A stretch of DNA of 63,083 bases, counting the filler, from Rhabdomonas costata (taxonomy: Eukaryota), in the NCBI GenBank assembly GCA_019059605.1. It is 46 parts of 46 records of this genome, joined end to end, with 100 filler letters (N's around TTAATTAATTAA, not from the genome) between each part and the next. Parts side by side here need not be neighbours in the genome. Positions count along the whole stretch, not along the records: positions 23,363 to 24,636 come from JAHMHO010021070.1; positions 24,737 to 26,010 come from JAHMHO010021071.1; positions 26,111 to 27,384 come from JAHMHO010021072.1; positions 27,485 to 28,758 come from JAHMHO010021073.1; positions 28,859 to 30,132 come from JAHMHO010021074.1; positions 30,233 to 31,504 come from JAHMHO010021075.1; positions 31,605 to 32,878 come from JAHMHO010021076.1; positions 32,979 to 34,251 come from JAHMHO010021077.1; 38 more parts are not named here. One strand, given 5' to 3'. Below are positions 24,293 through 37,220 of this stretch, piece after piece. The translations under genes were made by a program, and so were the position numbers. Numbering within the stretch: the first letter of the stretch is position 1; each line of letters starts with the position of its first letter. The notes beneath the pieces were generated by a model, which did no database searches, was not told the DNA's origin, and worked only from the letters and a program-made list of their open reading frames with translations.

Positions 24293-25835
24293 GTCAGTGG
24301 AGCGCTATTTTAACCGTCTTTCGCTGGAACTCACATCCTGTGCTTTACCAAATTTGCTGTGGTTTGTCCCGGCTTTTGGCGGCCCTCCAAATGTGTGTTG
24401 TCTGCTTGTCTCCGAGAACAGACTTAGTTGGACCTGGCGCATTAAGATTTGACTGCGGAATGGAGTGGCAATTTAAAAAATGTAAGTCTCTCTGCTCATC
24501 TGTTTTTTTTTACGAATGCGGATGCCCAGGTCCGAAGCTCTTTGTGAGTGCGACTTTGACTGCACGTACTGTGCCTCCAGCACTCTGCTGCAAGAATACG
24601 ATTTTGTACTGTACCCTTCTTGTTTCCCACACCACCNNNNNNNNNNNNNNNNNNNNNNNNNNNNNNNNNNNNNNNNNNNNTTAATTAATTAANNNNNNNN
24701 NNNNNNNNNNNNNNNNNNNNNNNNNNNNNNNNNNNNTTGTTGGTTTCCACACACGCGAGCGCGCGCGAAGACAAGAAAACCAAAGGGGGACTTCTTCAGC
24801 GAAACAAACCGTGGCAACGTACACCTGAAGTTTTGCTTTCGCAGCACGGCCTTCATTCCGTCTTTTGTGTGCCCCGGGTATCCACACTCAGTGCCATTCG
24901 CGCGCTGCATGTGGAATGTGGTTTCCCGCTTCTCTCTGTCAGTTGTCAAGGGAAAAACGGACGTTTCTGAGCATGCGAAACAATGTGTTACTTTCAGTAT
25001 GACTCTGTGATCGTTTTTCATATTTACCGGTTTCTCATTTTTGGCCTCCGCTGATGTTGTTTCTGCTCAAGAAGCGTCTCCGATGCAATCGTACTTTTTC
25101 TTCTTTTCCTCTCTCCCCACCACCAGCTGCGGTGCTGCAAGGGGCAGGCGACGTGGCTGCAGCAGAGGCAAGGGCCAAGGCTGTAAAGAAACCCATGTCT
25201 CCGTGCTGAACCCGGTGCCTCACGCCCCGGAGGCCTCCGAACCACAGAACCCTCACTGTCACACGCCCGTTCCGTTTAAGATCTTGAAGTTCGCATACAA
25301 TGTACACACGTACTTCTGCCTAACCCTCACCCTCATCACCTATTGTGCAAAATAGAAACCCTGTGAGCACTGCCTTTCGGCTGCACATTCGTGTCTGTGG
25401 TTGCTTCTTTCTTGCTATCGGGCAAAACGGAAGTTTTCGGACAAGTTTTTAAAATAGTAGTGCCAAGGTACATTTGTTGCTTTTGTTGCCCCCTTCGAAT
25501 CACACCACATCCACGGCACGTGTTCTCCGTTCTTTCCTTCATTTTCCACTATTCCACTATGATCACTTGACCTCCACGCCTTCTCCAACAAGCGCTTTTT
25601 CCTCGTTGCTACCGTAAGTTAATGCATTTCCTTTTGCCCTGACCCTGAACACCCTGTGCCCTGCTGCTGTGTCTTTGCTTACAAAAAATATAGGGCCAAG
25701 GCAAGCAAAACAAAAAAAACAGTTTTTTCCGTCCGGGACTGATTATTACCATGCCCGCATCCCTTTTTCATTTCATTAAGAACCCGGAGTCGCAAAGAAA
25801 AAAGCAAATGGGGTGGGGAAGAGGATCGAAGATAC

Positions 25836-26002
25836 CTCCGGCTCGACGGCGTGGAGCTGGATGTTGTCATCGGTGAGGAAGCTCTGGAACAGCCCCATGG
25901 CGTTGGAGCCCCCTGCCACGCTGCACACCACGTGGTCCGGGAGGCGTCCCGTGGCCTGCACGAGCTGCTGTCGTGCCTCGTCCCCGACAACAGCCTTGTA
26001 CC
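25836..26002 (-). CDS. trpB: Tryptophan synthase beta chain/domain, internal exon
   Basis: AVVGDEARQQLVQATGRLPDHVVCSVAGGSNAMGLFQSFLTDDNIQLHAVE followed by a gag|gtatc donor. Confidence 0.92.
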
Positions 26003-26110
26003 CCCACACANNNNNNNNNNNNNNNNNNNNNNNNNNNNNNNNNNNNNNNNNNNNTTAATTAATTAANNNNNNNNNNNNNNNNNNNNNNNNNNNNNNNNNN
26101 NNNNNNNNNN

Positions 26111-26253
26111 AGAGCCAGCTGTGTGGCGAGAACGGCGACCACGGGAATGGTGGGGAGTCGCCCTCCATGGCTGGCACAGAGCACGGCGGTGCTCAGGGCC
26201 CCGTGCAAGAGGCCCAGGATGGCAAAAACGAGAAGGATGGAAGGTCGGGGCAT
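26111..26253 (-). CDS. First exon (partial) of a secreted protein
   Basis: MPRPSILLVFAILGLLHGALSTA signal peptide; long upstream polypyrimidine tract with AG. Confidence 0.55.
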
Positions 26254-28859
26254 TAGTGGGAAACCAAAGCTGGGGGAAAGGCGGTCTTGAGGGGAAGGAG
26301 GAGAAAAGATATGATCACAAGCAAATCGAGCACGCGCAAAGGACAAATTTGGAAAAAGAAAAAGTGAAGAAGAAAAAAACACCTAAAGTGGCAAGGCAGA
26401 AGACGTGTGGGGGTGAGGGCTTAAAGCGCTGGAAAAGGAAAGTAAATACAGCAATGTGGCCATGCAAAGGGAACGCTTCCGCTGACTCCTGCCACAAAAG
26501 GATAAGTTCCACACAAACTCGCTTTCGATCCGAACAAAGCACAGTGGAATCTGGGCATGGTTGAAGGCAACAGCTTCTCAGGACAATGAGCCGCTAAGGG
26601 GAGGAGCAGAAGCAGCACTGGACAAGCAGCACTGGACTGAGATCCCACCAACGTACTGCATCTACAGAGCAGAGATATTACACCTCGGGCCCTACGAGGG
26701 AATTCTGCGAAAAATAGCAAAGTATCAAAATGTTACAAGCGCCCCTTAACTCATCCCCCTATGCACACACACACATCTGAGGTCCAAATATATGCACCTG
26801 TTCTGAGGGTGGTTCACCTTCTGTGTCGGAAAGGGTGGTGGTGTGTGAAGCATCGAACTGCAGAGCGGTGTGGGCTGTATGGGTTCAGGGAGAGGAGAGG
26901 AAAAAGGAACACGGCCTTCATCTAACTAGGACCCACTTGTGGAAATAGACGCAACAAGCAATATTGCTTCCATCACGGTAGATTACGACGATCAGTTTCC
27001 TTCGAGGCCAGGCTTCGGTCGCAGAGTAACGCAAGCCCCCCCCCCGGAAGCACAGTCAAAAACCTGCCCTCGAAGTTAGAGACAGAGAACAAAAACAAGA
27101 TACAGGTGGCAAAACGTGGCAGTAAACCACAACACGGCTTTCAGACCTAGCGGCAAGCCACCCGCGGTGGAGGAACCCTACCCACGCGCGAGTCCACCCG
27201 CACATACACAAATAGACGCGACACGGAGAAAGGAGACGACGTACATCCCGCTCAAGCATATCCCTCCCACTTTGTCTCAAATGAGATATCAACCACAGCG
27301 GGAACGACAATAAAAGCTCCGCATGGAGCGCAATGCTCAACCCGAGGAGAGCTGTCAACGCAGAAGAAGAAGACCAACAAAAAANNNNNNNNNNNNNNNN
27401 NNNNNNNNNNNNNNNNNNNNNNNNNNNNTTAATTAATTAANNNNNNNNNNNNNNNNNNNNNNNNNNNNNNNNNNNNNNNNNNNNTTGTTTTGGTAGGCCC
27501 TTCAGAGGGGGCGGCGCTACCACCCCTGCTCGCAGGACCCCCGCGCGGGAGGTGGAGCGCAGTCCCCCGACCCGAGAGAGGGTCTCCAGGGCGGGGGAGC
27601 CTACGAATGAATGAAAATTTGCGAAATGTGTGTAATTTGTGTTCTGCAAGCTCGTTAAAAACAGTTTCTAAAGGGTGCGCGGTTGGCCACCAAAAGGGCT
27701 CCGACTCTCACAAGATGCCCAAGAAGGTGAAGTTCATCACCCGAACGCCAGACTGACTCCGGCAAGAATAGCTGGCGATCGTACGCCAGCCTCATGCACT
27801 CACTTCAAAAAGTCATCATGGGTGGGGATGCAACCCTAGCTGTGGTGGGCAGAGTCTGGTGCGAACGTGGCACACCGCTGATGCGAGTGGTGCGACTGCC
27901 TGGCCGGGCGCTGTGCGAGGGCGCCGCAGCGGTAACGGGGACGTCCTGCTCGGAGTCTGGTCGGCGACCCAGGGCCAGGCGGGCGGTGGGATCGGAGGGC
28001 TTCCCGATCTTCGCTAGAGACAGGGGCACCCGCCCCCCTGAGGCTGCAGCCCCTCCGCTGCCACTTCCCCACGAGCCAGCCATGGCGTGGGCACCATCCT
28101 GCATATGCCCCCACGTGGACAACTCTCCCAGAAAAGCTATCACAGTCCACAGCCGGAACCACACCCCCTGATGAGAGCAAACTGGGGGGCGGGTGGATTG
28201 GTGACTTCCTCAAGCCTCCTCCCGTTCAATCGACTGGCTATTTCGAGAACAACTAGAGGGCTGGGTAAGCATTAATAAGCAGTCGCCTTCTACTTTCGTT
28301 ATACAAAGGAAACATTGGAAAAATAACATTGATCCAATTGCATTGAGGTGAATCCATTTGAGTTGTTGAGGCAGTGGTAAAATTATGGCCTCGCGAGGAA
28401 GCAAGTTAATTCGAGCAACCTTGTCGTGGGAGCCATTCCAATGGATGAATAAGAAAGGTCCCTTTTGACACAGTGCAAAAAATGGATGGGAGAGACCTAA
28501 CCGTATACCCGCGTAGGTATTTTCAGTGAATGAGCGTGTGGATGTGTGAGTGCGGTTATCTCTGAGCAGCGTGACAGGTATGCCTGCGGACTTCCCGGTG
28601 CGGCGTCAGGGGCATCGGCATGAGAAGCGAAGGAGGGTGAGGGCGGGGGCCTGCTCAGAGGAGTGGAATGCGGAGGAGGCTCTGTGTGGAGGGTGCGTGC
28701 AGCAGGCAGGGAAAAGCAACTGAAGCACTCTTTGCCCGTTTGTTATCTCCACAAAACANNNNNNNNNNNNNNNNNNNNNNNNNNNNNNNNNNNNNNNNNN
28801 NNTTAATTAATTAANNNNNNNNNNNNNNNNNNNNNNNNNNNNNNNNNNNNNNNNNNNNG

Positions 28860-29017
28860 TTGGGGAAGAGGAGAGCTGGAGCATAAGTGTTGGTTCTCTT
28901 GATTAATGGTTCTCTTGATGTCACGGCTTGTAACATCTATGTAATATAAGCCGTGACATCAAGAGAACCATTAATCAAGAGAACCAACACTTATGCTCCA
29001 GCTCTCCTCTTCTCCAA
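28860..29017. repeat. Contig-terminal inverted repeat (about 70-bp arms), likely an artefact
   Basis: Near-exact reverse-complement arms at the contig start. Confidence 0.92.
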
Positions 29018-31206
29018 GTCTGCAACAACATCTTCTCCAACTCTGCTGTAATCGTCTACACGGTTAAGTGTGGCCTCAGCCTTATCTCCTGTGAAACCAC
29101 ACTGACTCATGTCTTGGGTTTCTTCCAAAACATAATGTATACTTCACTCTTTTCGCTCTTCATCTTCCGTCATAAAACTCAGTATGCTTGGTCCCTCCAG
29201 CAGCAGTCCATACTCCGCATGATCCAACGCATACATCTCATAGTACAGAACATTAATCCATACATCGCATAGTACATTACAGTAATTCAACTTCTTTCCA
29301 AATCCTCTCCTCAGTTATCACTCTTGCTTAACTTCTGATACACGGCACTGCGACCGCATCTACGAAACTTCACTCTCTAATGTGAAACTGCTTGATAGCT
29401 TGATAGCCTATTGCAAAGCCCCGCTCAACTGCACCATTCTCACAACTATGCTCGATTATGTCGCATAAAATCTGAGTAGTTAGTAGTTGAGTAGTTAGTC
29501 AGCACACATTTAATCAGCATTTACACAATGCTACGCCCACTACGACATCACGCTTTCACATCGACACTTCCACAACAACAAACATCCACCATGCATAAAG
29601 CCTCCTCCTGAGATGAAGAACTCATCTTGGCATCCACTGATTTACTAGCAATCCACGAAAAACAACAAATAAATAATTTTCCAGCTCAGTCTCAAGAGAG
29701 AAATAGCATAAAATGCTCATCCACCACATCTATCGCTCAAATATGAAGATCATTCTGCTCCGTAGCTTCTCAATACAAACTTCTCCAAGATCCATTTACA
29801 TTGCATGTATACATCAAACACTCGACTTCTTCACTTACAACGTACGGTGGTCTTTGCTTGCTCCCACTTCTCTGAAAAATAGAGCTCTGATTTACTCCAA
29901 CAGAGGAAACCAATGTGGGTCCTTCCAAATTGATGTAACTAGAAACTCTCGCGCTTTATCTCTGCAATTCTTTGTCAGCACCAACGGAATTAAACTCCGC
30001 GGATGATTTGCGTACAAGCAAACATCTGCACTCCACTCATGTTCGAATGCATTACAGACTAGCTCTGCCTCATACCATCCTCTGCCTTAAAATACCTTGT
30101 CAACTGTTTATACCTCTTGGGCACAAACAACANNNNNNNNNNNNNNNNNNNNNNNNNNNNNNNNNNNNNNNNNNNNTTAATTAATTAANNNNNNNNNNNN
30201 NNNNNNNNNNNNNNNNNNNNNNNNNNNNNNNNGTGTTGGGTGTGGGTGGGTTTTGTGGGAAGTGGGAAATCGGAAACGTCCATTCCCCGGGTACGAATAT
30301 CAATGATGAATATTGCCCCCCCGCCCCAAGTGCAATCACGGAGAGCGTTCGCTGCTACCTTGCTCTTAGTATGACCATGAGGCCCCAACACAATGTTCTG
30401 AGAGGACTCAGCCAATCCACTCCAGGTACCTTCCCAAGAAGGCCGAAGGCATCAGAGACAGCATTGCAAGTGCCATGAATGGAAGTAAAAAGAACAAGTA
30501 GGAAGCAAAGCACGCAAAGCGGGACAGAAAAAAACAGATCACATATTCCACAAAACGACAACACTGTTCCAACAGCGGCGCCTATCTGCTGCTGCGGAGC
30601 TCCTCCAAATAGGCTTGAAGCGCCTGCACCTGAGAAGACGCCCCACGATGTCCGAGAGTCGGACCAAATCCACGTCAAGGCGAAAAGAAACGCAGACAGT
30701 GGAGCCAGTGTGACACAATTCAGAACATACTTCTGGTAATTTGGGGAATACGTTAGGAATGCAAAAAAGAAAATAGACTGCATCTGTTCAGGGGAAAGTT
30801 TTCCGCACCTTTCGCACCTTTAAGGAGGATTCGAGATGATGGAAGAAAAAATCAATCTCGATCATAGGGGGGGGGGGCATTGACGAAGCAGTGCCAAACT
30901 TCAATACACAGCTATGGCAGAAGGGCTACTGGAGGGGACGTGAAGAAGAGGAGTAATTTGATTGGCATTGATAAACAAAAAATTCTTTCCAATGAATGTG
31001 CACAAAGTCAAAGGGTCTTTCTCTTGACGTTGGTTGATCTTGTATTCTGCTTCGCGATGCCTTGCCATCCATGCGCTATCCCCGGAAAAGGGAGATTTCA
31101 AGAACCGGCAAACGACATGTTCACAAACAGGTAAAGATTAAAGATTTCGGCGACTGACAGGTCACAGGCACAAGCAAAAAGGAAGCGGACCCGGAGGAGA
31201 TACATA

Positions 31207-31308
31207 CCGACATCGCGCCCAGGCCGAAGGGCTCCGCGAAGCGCAGCCTGGTGAGCTCTGCCTTGATGCGGCCCATCAGGTCTTGCTTCTGGCGGTGCAC
31301 GGCTTCCC
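31207..31308 (-). CDS. Exon of a hypothetical protein; another possible Gly/Phe-rich exon at about 30570-30660
   Basis: cag|EAVHRQKQDLMGRIKAELTRLRFAEPFGLGAMS|gtatgt. Confidence 0.5.
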
Positions 31309-33087
31309 TGGTTGCGGCGTACCAAGCACACATACGCATATACTGGTGTCTGGGGTGTCGCACAAACACAACCAGCCAATGCTGTCATTAACGACGTCAT
31401 TCGGCCTGAACTGCGCTTTCGTTTTTTTCCCGGAGGACGGCACACGAGAAATCGAAAGAAAGAGCGACTGAGTGGCCGGCAAGCGGGGGACTGCACACAC
31501 AAACNNNNNNNNNNNNNNNNNNNNNNNNNNNNNNNNNNNNNNNNNNNNTTAATTAATTAANNNNNNNNNNNNNNNNNNNNNNNNNNNNNNNNNNNNNNNN
31601 NNNNTTGTTTGTGGCAATTTCCGCCGAAAAATAGCTCCACGGTAAGCAGATTTGGCAGTTTTGTGGCAAAATGACGTGAGATTTTCCCACAAATATGGGT
31701 ACAAGAGCTTTTGGAGGCAGTTCCAGGGGACAATTGGCCCCAGGATGTGCTGAATGCCATTTTCGTGAACAAGATTTTCTCTCAGGACCTTCTGGGCTTC
31801 GACAAAACGACCGCAAGGACACAGTTACAGCACCCAGGATGACTAAGTCCTTTTCTGGAATGCACCGCTTGCCTTCATGTATGTGCTGTCATTCCACTGC
31901 AGTCCTAGCTTTCTTATATAAGAATTTCTTTTTCATCTAGGGTCTGCTGTAAAGGGAGTGGAGGAACACATCGGGCGAAGCAACACCAAGCCCGAGTTCC
32001 CCACACCCATCCTCCATCGACCCTTGAAGGCTTATGCCCGAGAGCAGCAGCAGCGCGGAGAGAACCTTAGAAGCCCCAGGTAGCAGCTCCATTAACACAC
32101 AGACACTAGGGCACCACCTGAGGGCGGCAGGTGGCCAGGCTGAGCCCCCACCGCCAAAGGCGGAGTCCGCAGGGTACCCCCTGCTGGTCGAGGCCTCCCT
32201 CCACAAGAGATTCTTCCAAACGCTCCCTAAGCAGCAAATTTAAGCTGTTAAAAGAGTTTGTCTAGCATCGTCATTGTCTAATCTAGCGTCGTAAAACCCC
32301 TCCTGGTGGTGAAGGGTGTCACGATACGGCTTGGCAACCGGCTACCGGGATGGCTGCTCCGCACGGAAACCATGAAATTAAGACCGCGGCATGCGGAGCG
32401 CTGCTCGGTCCAATCCTCAACAAGGGATCGGAATAAAATCCCCCATAGCGTTGGCAATGGGATTCAGCCGCAACAAGCCATTCGTGCACAAGGAGCCCTA
32501 GGTATGGAACGCCAAGCCCCTTGGAGCAAAAGATTCGGGCCCACCGGAATGGTGGGACCGGGGAGGAAATTTCAATGTCAAAGCGGATCACTTTTGATGC
32601 TAAAATCTTGGGAGCTGAATGTTGCTGAGCACTGAGACGCCCTCCCGTAAAACATCGCACATCACTCAGCCCATGGGTTCACCACAATCATTTTGATGCA
32701 AAGCACCTCCCTTCCAGACGATACGAAGTCTGACGGATTAGGACCTCGGAGGATGAACGGCACACCCAAAGATTCGGTGAGGTGTCACCCCAAAGAAAGA
32801 TTAACAATCAAAATATATAATTGGTTTCAGGACAAAATCAACCTACACACACCTATTTAGAGAGCACAAAAACAAAAANNNNNNNNNNNNNNNNNNNNNN
32901 NNNNNNNNNNNNNNNNNNNNNNTTAATTAATTAANNNNNNNNNNNNNNNNNNNNNNNNNNNNNNNNNNNNNNNNNNNNTGTTGTTGGTGATGGGGAAGGG
33001 GGGGGGGCAGAGGTTTAGAAGTTTGCTCTTGTTTCAATTCGTTTCTAACAAAAAATGAAGATTTTGGAGAGAAGATATAACACAAGC

Positions 33088-33714
33088 CTTGTGGCCAGGT
33101 CGACAATTCGCTGCACCAGCTCGTTCTTCAGGAAGGTGTCCGGGGTGGACGGGATGTACTGCAGGAAGTGGCTCACCACCTTGTCTGCATTGCTCATGGT
33201 GGTCATCCGATACATCAGGTCCAGGGTCTGAACATAAAAAAGAGGAATGCCAGAATAAGAAAAAAATCTCGAGTACAGAGACGTGTGGCAGTTTGCCAGT
33301 TGGGGTGCTGCATCGTAATGGTAAAGAGAGCCGACATGGAAACATGGAAAGTCGGTCGATCGCACAACTAACTGCGCTTGAAACCCAAACGCACATCGTT
33401 GTGGACATTTCAGTGGCGATGAATAAACCGGAAGTGATGATGACAAGAACATACCCAAAGTTCACTTTTAAAAACCGTCCGGCAAAAAAAGGTTCGTGAG
33501 ATAAACATATGTCAACAAGGGGGTTGCCCACCAACCCCCCGCCCACTCTCTGAGCTCGCGACCAACCTTTCTGCGGATGCTCTCATCGGGATCCTCCAGG
33601 CAACGGATGACAACGGCCTGGTGGGACACCGCGCAGCTCAGGTCGATCCTCACAATGCTGCTCAGCGCGGTCAGCCCAAGGTACTTCAGGTTTGGGTCAC
33701 CTCGGGCCAGGAAG
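33088..33714 (-). CDS. AP4E1: Adaptin large subunit, most like AP-4 epsilon; exons 33714-33567 and 33227 to about 33088
   Basis: FLARGDPNLKYLGLTALSSIV...AVSHQAVVIRCLEDPDESIRRK|TLDLMYRMTTMSNADKVVSHFLQYI...ELVQRIVDLA. Confidence 0.85.
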
Positions 33715-34001
33715 CTGTGTGTGTTTGCGTGCGAGCGTGAGGATGAGTGCATGAACCGCAAAAGCGCGAAGTGGAAAGTGGGCTTGGGGAGTATCAGGAA
33801 TTGGCAGAAACTCTTCACTCTAGCCCGTCTTATTTTCGCCTCATCCATGTCCCCCGAAGGGAAGGTCTAACTTTTGTATCCTTTACATATATACCCGCCA
33901 CTGTCGCCACCGCATATGCATACTGTATGCAGATGCACACACCACGGGCCACGGGGCCATCGGGCCTCACCCCCTTCACGGTCCACAGTTAAAAAACGTT
34001 C

Positions 34002-34038
34002 ACGGTTCCCGGTTCCCGGTTCCCGGTTTACGGTTCAC
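34002..34038 (+). repeat. Tandem 7-mer array (CGGTTCC-like)
   Basis: cacggttcccggttcccggttcccggtttacggttcac. Confidence 0.85.
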
Positions 34039-34662
34039 AGACACCAACCCCATTCACCTGTAATGTTAGATGATGTTAGATGACCCGGAGAAAGGGCCAC
34101 AGCCGAAATGGAAGATTAATGAAGCAACTGATTTAATGGGTTGCTTCCTTTGGCAACCCTGGGGCAGCAGGACAGTCACTACCGTAATTGTGGAGGCACC
34201 ACCGCAAGGCAGAACGGACGCTAGACCAAACCCCCCAACCACACCCAACACNNNNNNNNNNNNNNNNNNNNNNNNNNNNNNNNNNNNNNNNNNNNTTAAT
34301 TAATTAANNNNNNNNNNNNNNNNNNNNNNNNNNNNNNNNNNNNNNNNNNNNTGGGGGGGTGTCATAGCCGAACTAGAACCAAAATCTTGTTTGGATCGAT
34401 TTGAAAGTGTGTGGATGGGTGCACGCACCTAGCTCCAGTCTCCGAATGGGCTCAGCATAGAAGCTGAGACAATTCGCAGCTAAACAGAGCTTGTACCCCG
34501 CGCGGGAAAGACGGGCTAGAGCCTCTGGGACACCCTGAAAAAGAAAAGCCACACACAGGTCATAATCCTCCGCTCTTCAAAGACGTTCCACACATTGTGC
34601 GCAACCTCCCTTTCCAATTTACTTCACACGAGCGGGCAACCGGCAAGGAAGGCGACATTTTA

Positions 34663-35428
34663 CCTCTGTCCTTCGGAGGGATAAGCATCTAGAAACCCAG
34701 CCAGAAGCTCCATAGCGACATTCAACCAACCACTCCCGCGCATCCCGCCCTGCAAGATGCGCACCGGCTTTAGAACGACCGAGGAGACCTCATCCTCAGC
34801 GGCGTGGCAGAAGCGGCGTCGCGAGGCCTCAACTGCCTCTCTTGAGAGCTGGGACCTCCCCTGAGTCCCAGAGACCCCGCTCAGTGGTGCAGCTCCCCGG
34901 GCCAGCGAGGTCACCAACTCCGAGGCATCGGAGAAGGACTGACTGAGCAGGCTGTTCACCGTCTCCCTCAGAGCTGAGACCTTGACATGATACCCATCCC
35001 ACCCAACCTCCCAGTAAAGCACCGCGGCGGGCAAAAATGATAATGGCAACAATGATAATATCAGGCACTGTCTCACCATGTGTGTAAGAGAGTGGAGGGT
35101 TGGAAACGCTGTTGTCTTTGTCACGGGGACCCCAACGGTTGCCACAGGTGCAATATTAATGAATAAACCCTGCCCTTTCCCAGCAGCATTTAAATAGTAA
35201 AGAATAATCTCTTTCAAATGGATGGCATCACATGGACTCGTCCAGATGAAACCTAAAAATGTCTTCCCACTTCATTCACCCCCACCACCAAGAACTGGCT
35301 CTCATCGCTTCAGCTTTTGTCGTACCCGAAATTCCTCCAGCAGCTGTAGCAACGGCGACGGGGAGGCCTTGCGGGTAATCTCGACCAGGGTTCCGTACAG
35401 CGAAAGCACGACAGCCTTTTCATTGACA
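34663..35428 (-). CDS. Hypothetical protein, at least two exons (about 35428-35326 and about 35080-34663); boundaries uncertain
   Basis: Open coding-like frames ending in cgg|gtacg and gag|gtaaa donors. Confidence 0.45.
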
Positions 35429-35849
35429 GGTACTCATATACTCATATGATAATCCAAGAGGGGTTTCTCACCCACCGGCGGGCTTGAAAAATTCAAAAGC
35501 ACTCAAGCAGTAGCCGTTACAACTCTTACAATTTATCCACACGACACCTTGTACAGAAAAGTCTGCCCGGATGAAAGGTACCACTGCGATCGGGGACAGA
35601 CGGGTCATGTTGTGAACAAAAACCNNNNNNNNNNNNNNNNNNNNNNNNNNNNNNNNNNNNNNNNNNNNTTAATTAATTAANNNNNNNNNNNNNNNNNNNN
35701 NNNNNNNNNNNNNNNNNNNNNNNNGTTGTGACGGAACTTTCCCCCACATTAGTGCTGAGGGTGATCCTTCTCTAGTGACGAGGGTGCACCTACTGTTCGG
35801 CTTCAGTGACGGGATCAACCTGTTTTCCGCCAGAGAAAACTCCAGGTGC

Positions 35850-36250
35850 CTCTTGCAGCTTCAAGCCTCTTCCTGAAATCTCGAAAGACGGTCCTTTACT
35901 TCGGCATCCGCGAAGTACGAGCAAAAGAACTGCGCTTATGATGACCAGTTTCGGGACGATCTCTCCACAGTTATACTATTTCATCCATCCCAGGATGACA
36001 TTCCCCTCGTGGGCCTCATCGATCAGCAAGGTACGAAAACAGCGTAAAGAATCGAGGATAACGCAGCAGTTGCACAATGAGGCCGTCCGTTGCGAAAAAC
36101 AAGCGGGCAGTGTCGGATCATTTGTCGAATTTCCTTTTATACTGTAAATCCGAGAGTCTGTCACGTCCATTTCAATGGCAACGCGCGTGGCATGTAAATT
36201 TTGGTCCACGTCTTGTGTACCCCTAACTAGCGAGGCGAAACTTTTGACCA
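35850..36250 (-). pseudogene. Decayed intronless DEAH-box RNA helicase fragment
   Basis: ATRVAIEM...FRTLLIDEAHEGNVILGWMK*...PKLVIISA / FCSYFADA / FEISGR: DHX motifs in order across a stop and frameshifts. Confidence 0.68.
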
Positions 36251-36481
36251 TCGCCGCTGGCGGTTTCCGACATTCACCCGCAGAGCGCTCGTGGCGTTAC
36301 AACCAGAGGAAGGGAGCACAGAATGACAGAGTAACAACACAAAGTCCAACACAGTCGCCAAAAAAGGGGAAGGGCACACAGCTCCAACGCGCGCTCCACA
36401 GGCCGCCAGAGCCCGCAAAGGTTTGCGTCCTGAAGGCGGCGGCAGGCGACCTGAAACAGGTGCGCGGGCTGAAATATGTTT

Positions 36482-36634
36482 TTACAAATCATCCTCCATG
36501 TCCGCGTCGCCACCGGCAGCCGCCGCGGCGCAGGACGAGGGCACCGCGGGGTCGGGTGCGCCCCCCTCTGCCTTGGTGTGGAACATGAAGCTCTGCTCGT
36601 ACTCCGTGAGGAAGTCCGTGGAGCGCTTCAGATC
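36482..36634 (-). CDS. RUVBL2: RuvB-like 2 (reptin), last exon
   Basis: aag|DLKRSTDFLTEYEQSFMFHT...DADMEDDL* matches the RuvBL2 C-terminal D..RST.Y..EYQ..F.F. Confidence 0.8.
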   Translation of the reverse strand, partial: DLKRSTDFLTEYEQSFMFHTKAEGGAPDPAVPSSCAAAAAGGDADMEDDL

Positions 36635-37220
36635 CTTTTTTACGAGGAGGGATGGTGCTCAGTTGCTCTTTTTTTTTTTGGGGGGGGGGAGGGCGGTTAC
36701 TGACTGTGGCAGTTGATCTTTCATCTCATTGAAGCGCGCATGAGCGGATAGCAAAAAGAACGAAATGATGTTGTCAGCAAAGCAAACACCTCCGCATTGG
36801 CCGTTTCTGTCCCTGATTCACACTCACATCTTGTCTTAGCCAGAGCAACTTTCTTTCTGGGACTGGCACGTTCGGAGTTCTCTTCATGGGCGCACAACAC
36901 CTTTCGTGCGCAAGGCAAGGTTTTGGGCGCCCAACACACACACATACACACACAGGGCAGCATTTTGTCCACAACACCACCCACACACACCCAACACNNN
37001 NNNNNNNNNNNNNNNNNNNNNNNNNNNNNNNNNNNNNNNNNTTAATTAATTAANNNNNNNNNNNNNNNNNNNNNNNNNNNNNNNNNNNNNNNNNNNNTTT
37101 AACAGAATCTTTGGATGTGATCAATACGTATTGGTCAGGTATTTCAAGTGCGTGGTGTGATTGCATTTCAGGAGGGAGTGCTCGGGACAGTCGCCCTTTT
37201 TTTTCGGGGGGGGGTGACAG

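Noticed and set aside
30570..30660. FG-nucleoporin (SSLFGGAPQQQ)
   Set aside because: Only one or two FG-like motifs, not enough to assign a family
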